This document shows positions 37,267-46,795 of a stretch of 64,000 nucleotides of DNA, piece after piece. This DNA comes from a virus (taxonomy: Duplodnaviria; Heunggongvirae; Uroviricota; Caudoviricetes), in the IMG/VR virus record IMGVR_UViG_2595698871_000001, positions 45,443-109,442 of that record; one strand, 5' to 3'. Below the pieces are notes generated by a model. The model had not been told where the DNA came from, searched no databases, and saw only the letters and a list, made by a program, of their open reading frames with translations. The position numbers and the translations under genes are program-made. Position 1 is the stretch's first letter; each line of letters begins with the position of its first letter.

Positions 37267-38631
37267 TTAACGGGGAATGTCGAGATGGTCGGCCAGATCA
37301 TCGGCGCCGCCGATGAAGGCTTCTTCGGAGCCGTCGTCCGCGTCGAGCAGGAAGACCATCGGCGAGGAGTTCCAGGCCGGATGGCCCCAGTGGTTGCGCA
37401 CCTCCTCGAACTTGGCGCGGCGGCCGACATCGCTCGGCTGGACCGCCTCGTAGGGGATGCCCAGGTCGTCGAGATAGGCCTTGGCCCGGTCGCAGTGCGG
37501 GCAGTCCTTCTTGGTGTAGACGCGGTACACCGTCACGTCCGGATCGTAGGTCTTGACGGGCGACACCGCCGGGCGCGTGACGCTCCAGTAGCGCAGCGGC
37601 TCGGGCAGTTCGCAAACCCCCTCGTCGGTGCAGCCGCCGGCGGCGTAGGGCGTCCACATCGGACGCTGGAGGAAGGCGAACGCGGTCGGCCAGCCGGCGA
37701 CTTCGCCCTTGCCGTACTCGGTCGAGCGCTGCTCGAAGAAGTTGGCGTGGGTCGGGGCGTTCATGATCCAGTCGAGCCAGTCGAAGGGGTTCTCCTTCTG
37801 GCCGTAGTTGGGCTTCATGCCCAGTTGCAGCCACCGGCGGTCGGCGATGTAGCGGATGTACTTCTTGGTGTCCTCGGGCGTGACGCCGTCGACCTCGCCC
37901 AGGGCGAAGGCTTGGTCGATGAAGGCGTCTTCCAGGTCGACCATCCGGCGGCCGGCGTCGTAGATGCGCTTCTTGGTCTCGTCGTTCCAGGCGCGCGGGT
38001 GCTCCTTGATCAACTCGTGCAGGAGCTTGATCATGCTCTCGACGTGGTGGGTCTCGTCGCGGATCGACCACTCGACGATCGTGGTCATGCCCTTCATCAG
38101 GCCGCGCCGCTGGTAGTTCATCAGCAGGGCGAACGAGGAGAAAAGCTGCATGCCTTCGCCGAAGGCCGAGAACACGGCGATGTCGACGATCAGGTCGGCG
38201 ATCGACGTGCCGCTCTCGCGCTCGAACATGTACTCGTGCTTTTCACGCATCGCCTGATAGTCCAGGAAGGCGCGGAACTCGACCTCGGGCAGGCCCAGGG
38301 TGTCGATCAGGGTGGCGTAGGCGTCGATGTGGTTGGCCTCGGCCGCCATGAACGAGGCCAGCATCATCCGCACCTCCGGGTGCGGGAAGCGCGGGCCGTA
38401 CTTTTCGAAGTAGCCGCGCGCCACATCGACGTCGGCCTGGGTGAAGAAGCGGAAGAGTTGCGTAAGCTGGTTCTTCTCGCTGGGCTTGAGCTTCTCGTTC
38501 CAGTCCTGGATGTCGGTGTCCATCGGCGCCTCGTGGGGGAGCCAGTGGAGCGATTGCATGATCCGGTAGGCGTCGTAGGCCCAGGGGTAGGCGAAGGGCT
38601 TGTAGTAGTCGCGCGGCTTGAGCAGGGACAT
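37267..38631 (-). CDS. nrdB: Ribonucleotide reductase class Ia beta subunit with C-terminal glutaredoxin-like domain
   Basis: FFTQADVDV, EANH, WSIRDETHH; C-terminal YTKKDCPHC. Confidence 0.92.
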   Translation of the reverse strand: MSLLKPRDYYKPFAYPWAYDAYRIMQSLHWLPHEAPMDTDIQDWNEKLKPSEKNQLTQLFRFFTQADVDVARGYFEKYGPRFPHPEVRMMLASFMAAEANHIDAYATLIDTLGLPEVEFRAFLDYQAMREKHEYMFERESGTSIADLIVDIAVFSAFGEGMQLFSSFALLMNYQRRGLMKGMTTIVEWSIRDETHHVESMIKLLHELIKEHPRAWNDETKKRIYDAGRRMVDLEDAFIDQAFALGEVDGVTPEDTKKYIRYIADRRWLQLGMKPNYGQKENPFDWLDWIMNAPTHANFFEQRSTEYGKGEVAGWPTAFAFLQRPMWTPYAAGGCTDEGVCELPEPLRYWSVTRPAVSPVKTYDPDVTVYRVYTKKDCPHCDRAKAYLDDLGIPYEAVQPSDVGRRAKFEEVRNHWGHPAWNSSPMVFLLDADDGSEEAFIGGADDLADHLDIPR

Positions 38632-38684
38632 GTGTGGGAGGTCTCGAAAGGAGGGATGGGGAGGTGAAGGGCGCCGGCGGCGCC

Positions 38685-41498
38685 CTAGCCCTCGCAGGCC
38701 ACGCAGGTGGAGTCCGACGTCGGGTTCAGGGCCAGCAGCGCGGCCTCTTCGGCGGACCCCGTGGTCGGGACCTCCTCGGCGACGTCGATCTGCTTGCGCT
38801 CGACCTTGGTGTTGGTGTTCTCGGCCCGCTTGGGCGTCGTCGACCGCAGGTAGTACATCGACTTGACGCCGTACCCCTCGTTCCAGGCCAGGAAGGTGAC
38901 TTCCGACAGCGTCTCGGCCGTGGCGTCGTGCGGGTGGAAGACGTTCAGGGACTGGCCCTGGCAGATGTCCTCCGTCCGCCCGACGGCCAGCCGCACGACC
39001 CAGCGCTGGTCGAGTTCCATCGCCGTCTTGTAGACGCGCTTCTTGTGGTCCAGGACCGCCGGGTCGACTTCGATGCCCAGGGCCTCGAAGAACTCGACCG
39101 AGAAGTGCTGGATCGAGCCCTCGTTGGCGACGATGGTCTTCCAGACCTCATCGGTGTCGGCGCCCAGGCTCGCCAGCCACGCGCGCAGCCAGCGGTTCTT
39201 GACCTGGAACGAACCCGAGAGGGTCTTGTGCAGGAAGGTGTTGGCGCGGTTGGGCTCGATCGACGGCGAAGCGCCGCCGCAGAGGATCGACGAGGAGGCG
39301 TTGGGGGCCACCGCCAGCTTGTGGGCGAAGCGCTCGCCCGAGCCTTCCATGTCAGGGGCCTCGCCGCGCTCGGCGCCCAGGACCAGCGACGCCGCGTCGG
39401 CCTTGCGGCGCATGTGGCGGAAGATGGTCTTATTGAGCGTCTCGGCCGCCATGCTCTCGAACGGGATGTCGAGCGACTGGAGCAGCGAGTGGAAGCCCAG
39501 CAGGCCCAGGCCCACCGAGCGCTCGCGCACGGCGCTGTAGGAGGCCCGGTGCATCTCGTCCGGCGCGTTGTCGATGAACACCTGGAGGCAGTTGTCCAGC
39601 ATGCGCATCAGGTCTTCGATGAAGGTCGGGTGATCCTTCCATTCGACCCACTTTTCGGCGTTGACGCTCGACAGGCAGCAGACGGCCGTGCGCATCTTGC
39701 CGAACACGTCGCGGCCGGTGCCCAGCATGATCTCCGAGCAGTTGCCCGTCAGGTAGCCGTTGAAGACCAGCCGGTTGCGCTTGGGCTCGGTGGCGCAGAA
39801 GACGTCGGCCTTGTGGGCGAGCGGATGAACGCTGGCGACCGTGGCGGCCAGCTTGGGCGCGACCTCGATCTGGTGGGCCGCGTCGATCTGCTCGGCGGTC
39901 TTGGACAGCACCGCGCCGATCTTCGACAGGTACGCCACGTCCCAGGCCGACAGCGAGAAAGCGCTGACCGTGTCGGTCAGGCGGATGCGCGGGTGCAGGC
40001 CCGTCTCGACGGCCATCAGGCGCATCTCGCGGATCAGGTCCGCGTCGGTCGAGCCGACCGTCAGCCAGCGCACGCCGTCGATCTCGACCCATTCGCCGGC
40101 CGCGTCCAGCGCCCCGCCCAGCCACGCCAGACGGCGGCTCGGGGTGTGATGGAACGGCACGACGCCGGTGGCCAGCGTCAGCGGGTCATAGCGCAGGGTG
40201 GTGCCTGCCTCGTCACCTTCCAGGTTCAGCGACAGCGCCGACAGGGTCTTGAGCACCGCGTCGGGCAGGCCCGCCGGCACGAAGGCCGACAGACGGTTCT
40301 TGTCGCTGAAGCCGGCGAAGGTCGTCCAGCCGGCCGTGTAGGCGACTTCCAGCGGCGGGCTGGCGTCGGTGACGCCCTCGGTGATCGGCACATTGGCCTT
40401 GGCCAACACCGTGCCGTCCTTCAGTTCGCCGGCGCGGACTTCGACGCCCGCCTCGGTGTAGAACTTGTGGTAGGGGGTGCAGTCGACGAAGTCGCCGTCC
40501 TCGAACCAGACGCGGACCAGTTCGGCCTTCTCGTCGGTGGCGTTGGTCTGGTGAATCAGGACGTTGCTGAACTCGACGCCATTCCAGACGTCATGGAAGC
40601 CGCCGGCCAGCGAGGCGATCGGCAGGTGACCGTTGCGGGTCAGGATTTCGGTCTCGCCCGCCACGCAGAGGTTCGACTGGCGAACGCTCAGGCCAAGCTT
40701 CTTCTGCCGGTCCGGGAAGTGGCGGTTGGAGGTGTCGATGAAGTGGATGTAGGGCTCGCCCGTCTGCACGCGCGTCTCGATCAGCAGGCGCCACAGGTCG
40801 CGCGCCCGTTCCATGCGGATCACCTCGCCCGTCTTGGGCGAGCGCAGGGCGAAGTCGGTGTCGTCGCGCACCGCGATCATGAACTCGTCGGTGACGTTGA
40901 CCGCATTGTGCAGGTTGGTGATCTTGCGGTTGTGGTCCCCGCCCGTCGGCTTGCGCGCGGTGATGAACTCGCGGATTTCGGGGTGGTGGATGTCCAGGTA
41001 GACGGCGTTGGAGCCCCGGCGCGTACCGCCCTGGCTGACGGCCAGGATCAGGCGGTCGTCCACCGCCATGAACGGGATGACGCCGGTCGACTGCGAACCC
41101 TTGGAGGTCTTCTCGCCCAGGCCGCGCAGGGCGCCGTAATAGGAGCCGATGCCGCCGCCCATCGACGACAGCCAGATGACCTCGTCATAGTGCTCGGAGA
41201 TCGACTCGCGGCTGTCCTCGATCGCGGTGAGGAAGCAGGAGATCGGCAGGCCACGGGCCGAGCCGCCGTTCGACAGCAGCGGGGTGGCGTACATGAACCA
41301 GAGGTTCGAGACGTATTCGTACAGACGCTGGCCGTGCTCGGCGTCATCCGCAAAGGCCGCACTCGCGCGCGCGAAGGCCTCCTGGGGGGAAGTTTCCCCA
41401 GGCAGCAGATAGCGTTCACGGAGGGTCTGAAGGGTGAAGTCGTCGAGCAGGGCGTCGCGGGTGAGATCGATCTTGATTTCGTGCGTTGCGACAGCCAT
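38685..41498 (-). CDS. nrdA: Ribonucleotide reductase alpha subunit containing an intein
   Basis: ATPLLSNGG, LPISCF, SQGGTRRGS, SNL[intein]CSEI, APNASSS, YYLRS, C-terminal CVAC. Confidence 0.93.
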   Translation of the reverse strand: MAVATHEIKIDLTRDALLDDFTLQTLRERYLLPGETSPQEAFARASAAFADDAEHGQRLYEYVSNLWFMYATPLLSNGGSARGLPISCFLTAIEDSRESISEHYDEVIWLSSMGGGIGSYYGALRGLGEKTSKGSQSTGVIPFMAVDDRLILAVSQGGTRRGSNAVYLDIHHPEIREFITARKPTGGDHNRKITNLHNAVNVTDEFMIAVRDDTDFALRSPKTGEVIRMERARDLWRLLIETRVQTGEPYIHFIDTSNRHFPDRQKKLGLSVRQSNLCVAGETEILTRNGHLPIASLAGGFHDVWNGVEFSNVLIHQTNATDEKAELVRVWFEDGDFVDCTPYHKFYTEAGVEVRAGELKDGTVLAKANVPITEGVTDASPPLEVAYTAGWTTFAGFSDKNRLSAFVPAGLPDAVLKTLSALSLNLEGDEAGTTLRYDPLTLATGVVPFHHTPSRRLAWLGGALDAAGEWVEIDGVRWLTVGSTDADLIREMRLMAVETGLHPRIRLTDTVSAFSLSAWDVAYLSKIGAVLSKTAEQIDAAHQIEVAPKLAATVASVHPLAHKADVFCATEPKRNRLVFNGYLTGNCSEIMLGTGRDVFGKMRTAVCCLSSVNAEKWVEWKDHPTFIEDLMRMLDNCLQVFIDNAPDEMHRASYSAVRERSVGLGLLGFHSLLQSLDIPFESMAAETLNKTIFRHMRRKADAASLVLGAERGEAPDMEGSGERFAHKLAVAPNASSSILCGGASPSIEPNRANTFLHKTLSGSFQVKNRWLRAWLASLGADTDEVWKTIVANEGSIQHFSVEFFEALGIEVDPAVLDHKKRVYKTAMELDQRWVVRLAVGRTEDICQGQSLNVFHPHDATAETLSEVTFLAWNEGYGVKSMYYLRSTTPKRAENTNTKVERKQIDVAEEVPTTGSAEEAALLALNPTSDSTCVACEG
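39741..40667 (-). mobile_element. Intein (309 aa) with degenerate LAGLIDADG-like core
   Basis: Starts CVAGETEILTRNG, ends NGYLTGN, +1 residue Cys; WLGGALDAAG block. Confidence 0.88.
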
Positions 41499-41574
41499 GG
41501 GGTCTCGTTCTCGCGACAAGGCGCGATGCGTTAAAAAGCCCTGAGAAATCAGGGCCTTAAGATGAAAGCAAAGG

Positions 41575-41620
41575 ATGGTTAAGATAGCCTGAGGGGTCCC
41601 GAAAGTCAAGATTCACGACA
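41575..41620 (-). promoter_or_regulatory. nrdA promoter with GTCGTGAATC element and TTAACCAT
   Basis: TGTCGTGAATC-TTGACT-N17-TATCTT, continuing into AACCAT. Confidence 0.75.
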
Positions 41621-41660
41621 GTCGCGAACCCCTCAAAGATTCCTTGACAGACCCTGGGAT

Positions 41661-41912
41661 TTACTCGTCGGCGAACTTCATCCCGGCCGCCTTCAGGATG
41701 TCCTTGGTATTGCAAGGCTTTCCGTCCAGCAGGAAGCAGGTCTTGGTTTCGCGGACCCGGTCGCCCAGCGCCGCCATCGCCCGCTCCAGGATGGTCAGCC
41801 CATCGCCGAGCGGCGCGATCAGGGCGCCGGTTTCGCGGGGAAGGCGAGGACCGCTGGTGCTCGCCTTCTCGGGTTTCTTGGCGCGCTTAGCGGACAACGC
41901 CCTGGACCCCAA
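41661..41912 (-). CDS. Hypothetical protein (start uncertain)
   Basis: Packed minus-strand ORF. Confidence 0.6.
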   Translation of the reverse strand: MGSRALSAKRAKKPEKASTSGPRLPRETGALIAPLGDGLTILERAMAALGDRVRETKTCFLLDGKPCNTKDILKAAGMKFADE

Positions 41913-42237
41913 CGATGCTGCGGAACTTGTCGAGGGCGGCGTCGACGTCTTGGCCGCTGGCGATCTGGGCCGACAGGTCCGAGACGGCGGTGTTGATCTT
42001 GTCGACTTCGGCCTTGAACACGTCGGGCGTGTCCTTCAGGATGTTGACCAGGGCCAGGATCACGATGTCGACCACCGGGATGCGGATGGTCTCGCCGTCG
42101 GCTTCGTTGAACGAGGCCAGCGACAGGCCGATCGTGAAGCCGCCGGGGTTGGTGGGGCTCTCGGTCAGGGCGAGCACCGACTGGGCGGTGATCACCTCTT
42201 CGCGGACCGGGATGAAATCTTCAGTGGGGGAGGTCAT
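41887..42237 (-). CDS. Hypothetical protein (116 aa)
   Basis: AGGA RBS; phage codon usage. Confidence 0.75.
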   Translation of the reverse strand: MTSPTEDFIPVREEVITAQSVLALTESPTNPGGFTIGLSLASFNEADGETIRIPVVDIVILALVNILKDTPDVFKAEVDKINTAVSDLSAQIASGQDVDAALDKFRSIVGVQGVVR

Positions 42238-42520
42238 GGGATTCCTGCTGCATGAGGAGAGCGATGCGGTTGACGGCGTCGACTTCGTTGATCGGGCCGG
42301 CGGCGAGCAGGGCGTCGATCGTGTCGGCGATCACCCCCTGCTGGTCGAGGGTCATGATCGCGAGGCCGTAGAGGAGCGCCTGGGAGGCGTGCCGGCGGAT
42401 GCTCGGCACCGTCTGGTGGATGATGAGGTCGACCTCGCCGCGATCGCCATCGGCCGGCACGTAGGCCGCGAGGGAGAACTGCGGCTCCAGGTCTTCGGGG
42501 ATGGCGAGCGGGGCGTTCAT
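42221..42520 (-). CDS. Hypothetical protein (99 aa)
   Basis: GGAG RBS before ATG 42520; promoter motif at 42559-42575. Confidence 0.7.
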   Translation of the reverse strand: MNAPLAIPEDLEPQFSLAAYVPADGDRGEVDLIIHQTVPSIRRHASQALLYGLAIMTLDQQGVIADTIDALLAAGPINEVDAVNRIALLMQQESHDLPH

Positions 42521-42612
42521 GGGCGGCTCCGGGGGATGTCGTGTCTCCCGACAAGAGATGTCAGGATTCACGACATCGGTCAACGTGGTTAATGCGGGGG
42601 TGCGCGCTTTTG

Positions 42613-43548
42613 TCAGGCGTCCCAGACCGCCTCGCCCGGCACGAACTTGCGGAACTGCTGGAAGCCCCGGAAATTGCCCTGGAACTGGCTGTTGAGCCCC
42701 GCCGGCCGAGCTTGGTGCTCCAGCGGCGAAGCGTGAACCGGCTGGGAGCCGGCCAGCTTCAGGAAGGTGCCGACGTCGCGCTCGACAGTGGCCTTGGAGC
42801 CGTCGAAGTCGCGATAGCTGGCGCGGGCGCTGCGGGCCGCCGAGGAGACGATAAGCAGGCGGTTGACCAGGGTCTCGTTCGGAAGGTTCTTGAACGCGAA
42901 ATCGATCTGATCTTGAAGCTGCTCGAACAGCGCCTGATTGTCGGCGCAGAGGCGGTTGATGGCCTCGACGTCGGCTTCCAGATCGACGAACGGCAGGTGC
43001 CAGTCGCCCTCGCGCAGCAGGCGCGGCTTCTGAGCTTCCAGGTCGGCCTTGATCCGCCGGGCCAGGACCTGGATTTCATCCTGGGCGCCGGCGTCGTCGC
43101 GCAGCGTCAGGAAGTTGATCCAGTCGGTGGCCGAGACCACCACCGAGATGTAGCCGAAGAACTCAGTGGCGCGGTTCACCCACTGCTTGTGGATGTTGAG
43201 ACCGCCCTCGGCGCGCGGCAAGCCCAGCTTGGCGACGCCGGCGCGCACCGCGTCGGCCATCTCCATCCAGATCGCCTCGGCCGCTTCCTGGTCGGCGTTG
43301 GAGAGGTACTCGCCCGGCTGCATGCCCGGCTGGTTCTCGCGGAAGAGCGGGATGTAGGGCGCGTCCAGCAGCATCTTCTTGAGCGGGATGGCCCGGCTCG
43401 AAGAGGCGTTGCGGCTGAACACCCGGTGGGTCATGAAGTCGGCGTGGACCATGCGCGGATAGCGCAGCAGCAGGCTGTCCAGGCGCTTGCCGTCATGGGT
43501 GATCGACGACGCCAGGGGCGTCGTCTGCACAAAGTCGAGAGTGGGCAT
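42613..43548 (-). CDS. thyX: Flavin-dependent thymidylate synthase
   Basis: THRVFSRNASSSRAIP ThyX motif; HASPLEH. Confidence 0.85.
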   Translation of the reverse strand: MPTLDFVQTTPLASSITHDGKRLDSLLLRYPRMVHADFMTHRVFSRNASSSRAIPLKKMLLDAPYIPLFRENQPGMQPGEYLSNADQEAAEAIWMEMADAVRAGVAKLGLPRAEGGLNIHKQWVNRATEFFGYISVVVSATDWINFLTLRDDAGAQDEIQVLARRIKADLEAQKPRLLREGDWHLPFVDLEADVEAINRLCADNQALFEQLQDQIDFAFKNLPNETLVNRLLIVSSAARSARASYRDFDGSKATVERDVGTFLKLAGSQPVHASPLEHQARPAGLNSQFQGNFRGFQQFRKFVPGEAVWDA

Positions 43549-43549
43549 G

Positions 43550-44125
43550 TCAGTCCTTGTCGAAGACGATCATTTCGATCGCGGCGTGGAGGTCGGCGAT
43601 CTCGCGATCGTTGGTGATCGTCCAGTCCGGGACGATCTTGGCCATCTCGGTCTCGGAGGCGTGCTGGGAGGCCGCATCCGTGGCGCGCTTGCGCGGGTCC
43701 TGGACCCGGATGATCACGCCCTTCAGGCGCCGGACCATCTCGGCCTCGTTAAGGAACCGGCAGTCCGAGCAGACCACGCCGGCGACTTCCCGAACGCCGC
43801 CGAAGCCGTTGGTCACCTTGCCATCGAGATAGGCCCTGGCCTTGTTCCCCCAGGCCTGGACCCAGGTGTCGTCGACGTAATGACGGAACATGTCCGTCCC
43901 GATGTGCTGGAGGATTTCGCGGGGGCTCTTGAACGGCCAGCGTTCGAGCTTGGTCTCCTTCAGGACCGGGTCCAGCATCTCCTCCATCGTCACGCCGTAG
44001 GCGATCTTGGCGATCTCCCGCAGCGGGTCGGCGAAGTTGATGTGGACATAGCCCCTGGCTTCCAGGGCGGCGGCGGCCGTGGACTTGCCATGTCCACGGG
44101 GGCCGGTGATGGCGACGATGTTCAT
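43550..44125 (-). CDS. Deoxynucleoside monophosphate kinase
   Basis: ITGPRGHGKST, FADPLR, SPREILQHIGTD, SDCRFLNE. Confidence 0.88.
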   Translation of the reverse strand: MNIVAITGPRGHGKSTAAAALEARGYVHINFADPLREIAKIAYGVTMEEMLDPVLKETKLERWPFKSPREILQHIGTDMFRHYVDDTWVQAWGNKARAYLDGKVTNGFGGVREVAGVVCSDCRFLNEAEMVRRLKGVIIRVQDPRKRATDAASQHASETEMAKIVPDWTITNDREIADLHAAIEMIVFDKD

Positions 44126-44134
44126 CGGGGTCTC

Positions 44135-45469
44135 CTAGCGAAGGACGGTGAGGGTCTCGGCCGCGCGGGTGACGGCCGTGTAGAGCCACTTGTCTTCGTC
44201 GGCGCGGAAGCAGCCGGACTCGTCGATCACGACGACGTCCTTCCACTGCGAGCCCTGCGAGGCGTGGCAGGTGATGGCGTAGGCCCAGTCGGCGACGATC
44301 GAGTTCTTCAGCGCCCGCCACGCCTTCTGCTCGGGCGCGGTGTAGCCCTTTGGCGTGCGCGAGAAGTGCTCCTCGAACATGCCCTGGAACATCATCTTGT
44401 CGTGGTGCTCGACCCCGTTCTCTTCCTGGAACGAGCCCATGAAGGTGGCGTCGCCCTTGGTGAAGCTGACGTCCTTGATCGAGGTGACCTCGGTGCCGTT
44501 GGTCAGGTCGGGATTGTCGCGGACGTTCTTGCGGATCATCAGCGGCTCGCCCTTCTGAGGGCCGACGCGCTCGCCGGGGTACTCGACGAAGCCGAACTCC
44601 GAACGCAGTTGCTGGTTGGTGTTCCAGCGCGTCTTGTTGCGGCCGACGATGAACTGCGGGCGGTCCTCGAAATCGAAGACCTCCTCGTATTCCTGGCGCC
44701 GCATGACCTTCACGCCGCTGCCGTAGTCGCGGTAGGGCAGGTCCTTACCTTCGCGCGCCAGGGTCGACAGGTGGATGATCGGGTTGTCCTTGGCCTGACG
44801 GTGGATTTCCGACAGGAAGAAGTCCGGGTCGTTCGCCAGCAGGCCGGCGGCGTCCTCGACCGGCGGAAGCTGACCAGGATCGCCCATGGCGAAGATCGGC
44901 ACGCCGAATTCCATCAGGTCGTCGGTCATGCGCCGGCCGACCATGGAGGCTTCATCGACCACGATCAGGCTGGCCAGTTGGATGGCGCTGTCGGGGTTGA
45001 GTTGGAAGTTGATCTTGTCCTCGCGGTACGCGGCGCTGAGTTCGGCCTCCAGGCGCGTGATCAGCTTGCGTTGCGTGAAGATGTGCTGATCCTTGTCGGG
45101 ATCGCCGCCGTCCATGGCGCACAGGTACATCGCCTCCGAGAGCGCTTCCCGGTGGTTTTCCAGGTCGGTTTCCAGTTGCGAGATCGGCGCCGGCTTGGCG
45201 CGATAGATCGACGAGTGGATCGTGCCGGCGTTGGTGTTGGGGTAGCCCTGGGCCTTGAGCTTGGTGCGCATGACCTTGGCGGCCTTGCCCGTCGGGGCGA
45301 CGAAGGCCACCGTCTCGGGCGCGATGCCGAGGGTGTCGAGGATGAAGGGCAGGATGGTCGACTTGCCCGAGCCGGCGAAGCCGGTCATGGTCGTCAGAGG
45401 CTGGCCGTCCTTGATCTTCTCAACGACGACCTTGCGGCACTTGTCCTGTTGATCGCTGAGAGTCGTCAT
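44135..45469 (-). CDS. RecD/Dda-like SF1B helicase
   Basis: GFAGSGKS, APTGKAA, VDEASM, GDPGQLPPV, YAITCHASQGS, LYTAVTRA. Confidence 0.9.
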   Translation of the reverse strand: MTTLSDQQDKCRKVVVEKIKDGQPLTTMTGFAGSGKSTILPFILDTLGIAPETVAFVAPTGKAAKVMRTKLKAQGYPNTNAGTIHSSIYRAKPAPISQLETDLENHREALSEAMYLCAMDGGDPDKDQHIFTQRKLITRLEAELSAAYREDKINFQLNPDSAIQLASLIVVDEASMVGRRMTDDLMEFGVPIFAMGDPGQLPPVEDAAGLLANDPDFFLSEIHRQAKDNPIIHLSTLAREGKDLPYRDYGSGVKVMRRQEYEEVFDFEDRPQFIVGRNKTRWNTNQQLRSEFGFVEYPGERVGPQKGEPLMIRKNVRDNPDLTNGTEVTSIKDVSFTKGDATFMGSFQEENGVEHHDKMMFQGMFEEHFSRTPKGYTAPEQKAWRALKNSIVADWAYAITCHASQGSQWKDVVVIDESGCFRADEDKWLYTAVTRAAETLTVLR

Positions 45470-45541
45470 CGGGGTCTTTCGGGCGCGAGCAAGGGAACCC
45501 GCCCGGACAAGCCGGGCGGGTTGGTCGAAGCAGGGAGGTGC

Positions 45542-46684
45542 TTAGAAGCGACCGCGCGCGCGCGGCTTTTCCTCGTCCTTGCCCTTGTCGTCCTCGTCGT
45601 CGCGGCTCGAACGACGGCTCGAACGCTCTTCACGTTCGTCGCGGTCGTCACGATCGTCGTCGCGCGAACGGCGGGCCGGACGCTCGTCCTCGTCGTCGCG
45701 GCTCGAACGACGCGCCGGGCGCTCTTCGTCCTCGTCACGCGAGCGGCGGGCCGGGCGTTCCTCGCGGTCGTCCTTGGCCTTGTCGTCCTCGTCGTCACGG
45801 CTCGAACGACGGCTCGAACGCTCTTCGCGCTCGTCTTCCTTGTCGTCGCGGGCCGAGCGGCGGGTCGAGCGCTCTTCACGATCGTCCTCGTCGTCGCGGC
45901 TCGACCGGCGGGTCGAACGCTCTTCGCGCTCGCTGCGATCGTCACGATCGTCGTCGCGCGAACGGCGGGCCGGACGCTCGTCTTCGTCCTCGCGACCACG
46001 GCGCGAGCCGCGCTTGTCTTCGAGGGCCTTGCCCTTGCCGGCGTCGTAGTCTTCCTGCGAGCCCTCGACGAGGGAGGCGAGGTCCTTCTCCGACATCCAG
46101 TCGACGATCTTGAACTTGGGCGCGTACTTGGTGACCTTACGGCCGCCCTTGGTCTTGCCCTCGAACTCGTTGGAGTCCAGTTCGATGATCGGCAGTTCGC
46201 CGGGGTGGTTGCGGAAGCTGTTGCCGAAGTCCTTCAGGAACGCGGCCAGCGCGCGGCGCTTGGACACGTTGTTGGCCTGGAAGACCATCTCGACGTAGGG
46301 CTCGTCGATCAGACGGAAGTCGATCGTGTACTGCTCGACCGGGCCGTCTTCTTCGCCGTAGGGGCCGTGGTCGGGCAGGCTACCCTTGGTCGGCTGCGGG
46401 CCGTCCGCCAGGGCGACCATTTCTTCGTAGACGACCTTGCCGTCCACCCAGATCACCCAGCCGCGCTTGTAGGAGCGCAGGTTCGCGGCCATCCGCGTCT
46501 TGTTCTTCAGCGGCTCGTCTTCGGCGCCGTAGGAGAACGAGCCGTCGTTGCCGTCGAACTTCATGAAGGCCTTGCCGTCGCCGCCGCCCTTGAGGTTGTT
46601 GGCCTCGGTGGCGATCATGGCGTAGAAATCGTCGTTCGACGTCAGGTAGCCGCCGTTCGAACGGGTGGTCACTTCGTTACCCAT
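45542..46684 (-). CDS. Putative ssDNA-binding protein with Arg/Asp/Glu repeat tail
   Basis: Replication-module context; C-terminal ~155 aa of RRSSRDDEDD-type repeats. Confidence 0.5.
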   Translation of the reverse strand: MGNEVTTRSNGGYLTSNDDFYAMIATEANNLKGGGDGKAFMKFDGNDGSFSYGAEDEPLKNKTRMAANLRSYKRGWVIWVDGKVVYEEMVALADGPQPTKGSLPDHGPYGEEDGPVEQYTIDFRLIDEPYVEMVFQANNVSKRRALAAFLKDFGNSFRNHPGELPIIELDSNEFEGKTKGGRKVTKYAPKFKIVDWMSEKDLASLVEGSQEDYDAGKGKALEDKRGSRRGREDEDERPARRSRDDDRDDRSEREERSTRRSSRDDEDDREERSTRRSARDDKEDEREERSSRRSSRDDEDDKAKDDREERPARRSRDEDEERPARRSSRDDEDERPARRSRDDDRDDRDEREERSSRRSSRDDEDDKGKDEEKPRARGRF

Positions 46685-46795
46685 AGTGCTGATGCCTATT
46701 TTCTGGGAGTTCCCCGGAAGCGAGATTGCCTCCGGGGCTGTTTCTAGGACTAGACTGAGACTAGCTAGGACTGAGAGAAGACAACCGAAGTAGAG

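Noticed and set aside
45545-46020. DNA repeats as an array or mobile element
   Set aside because: They are in-frame coding repeats without spacers.
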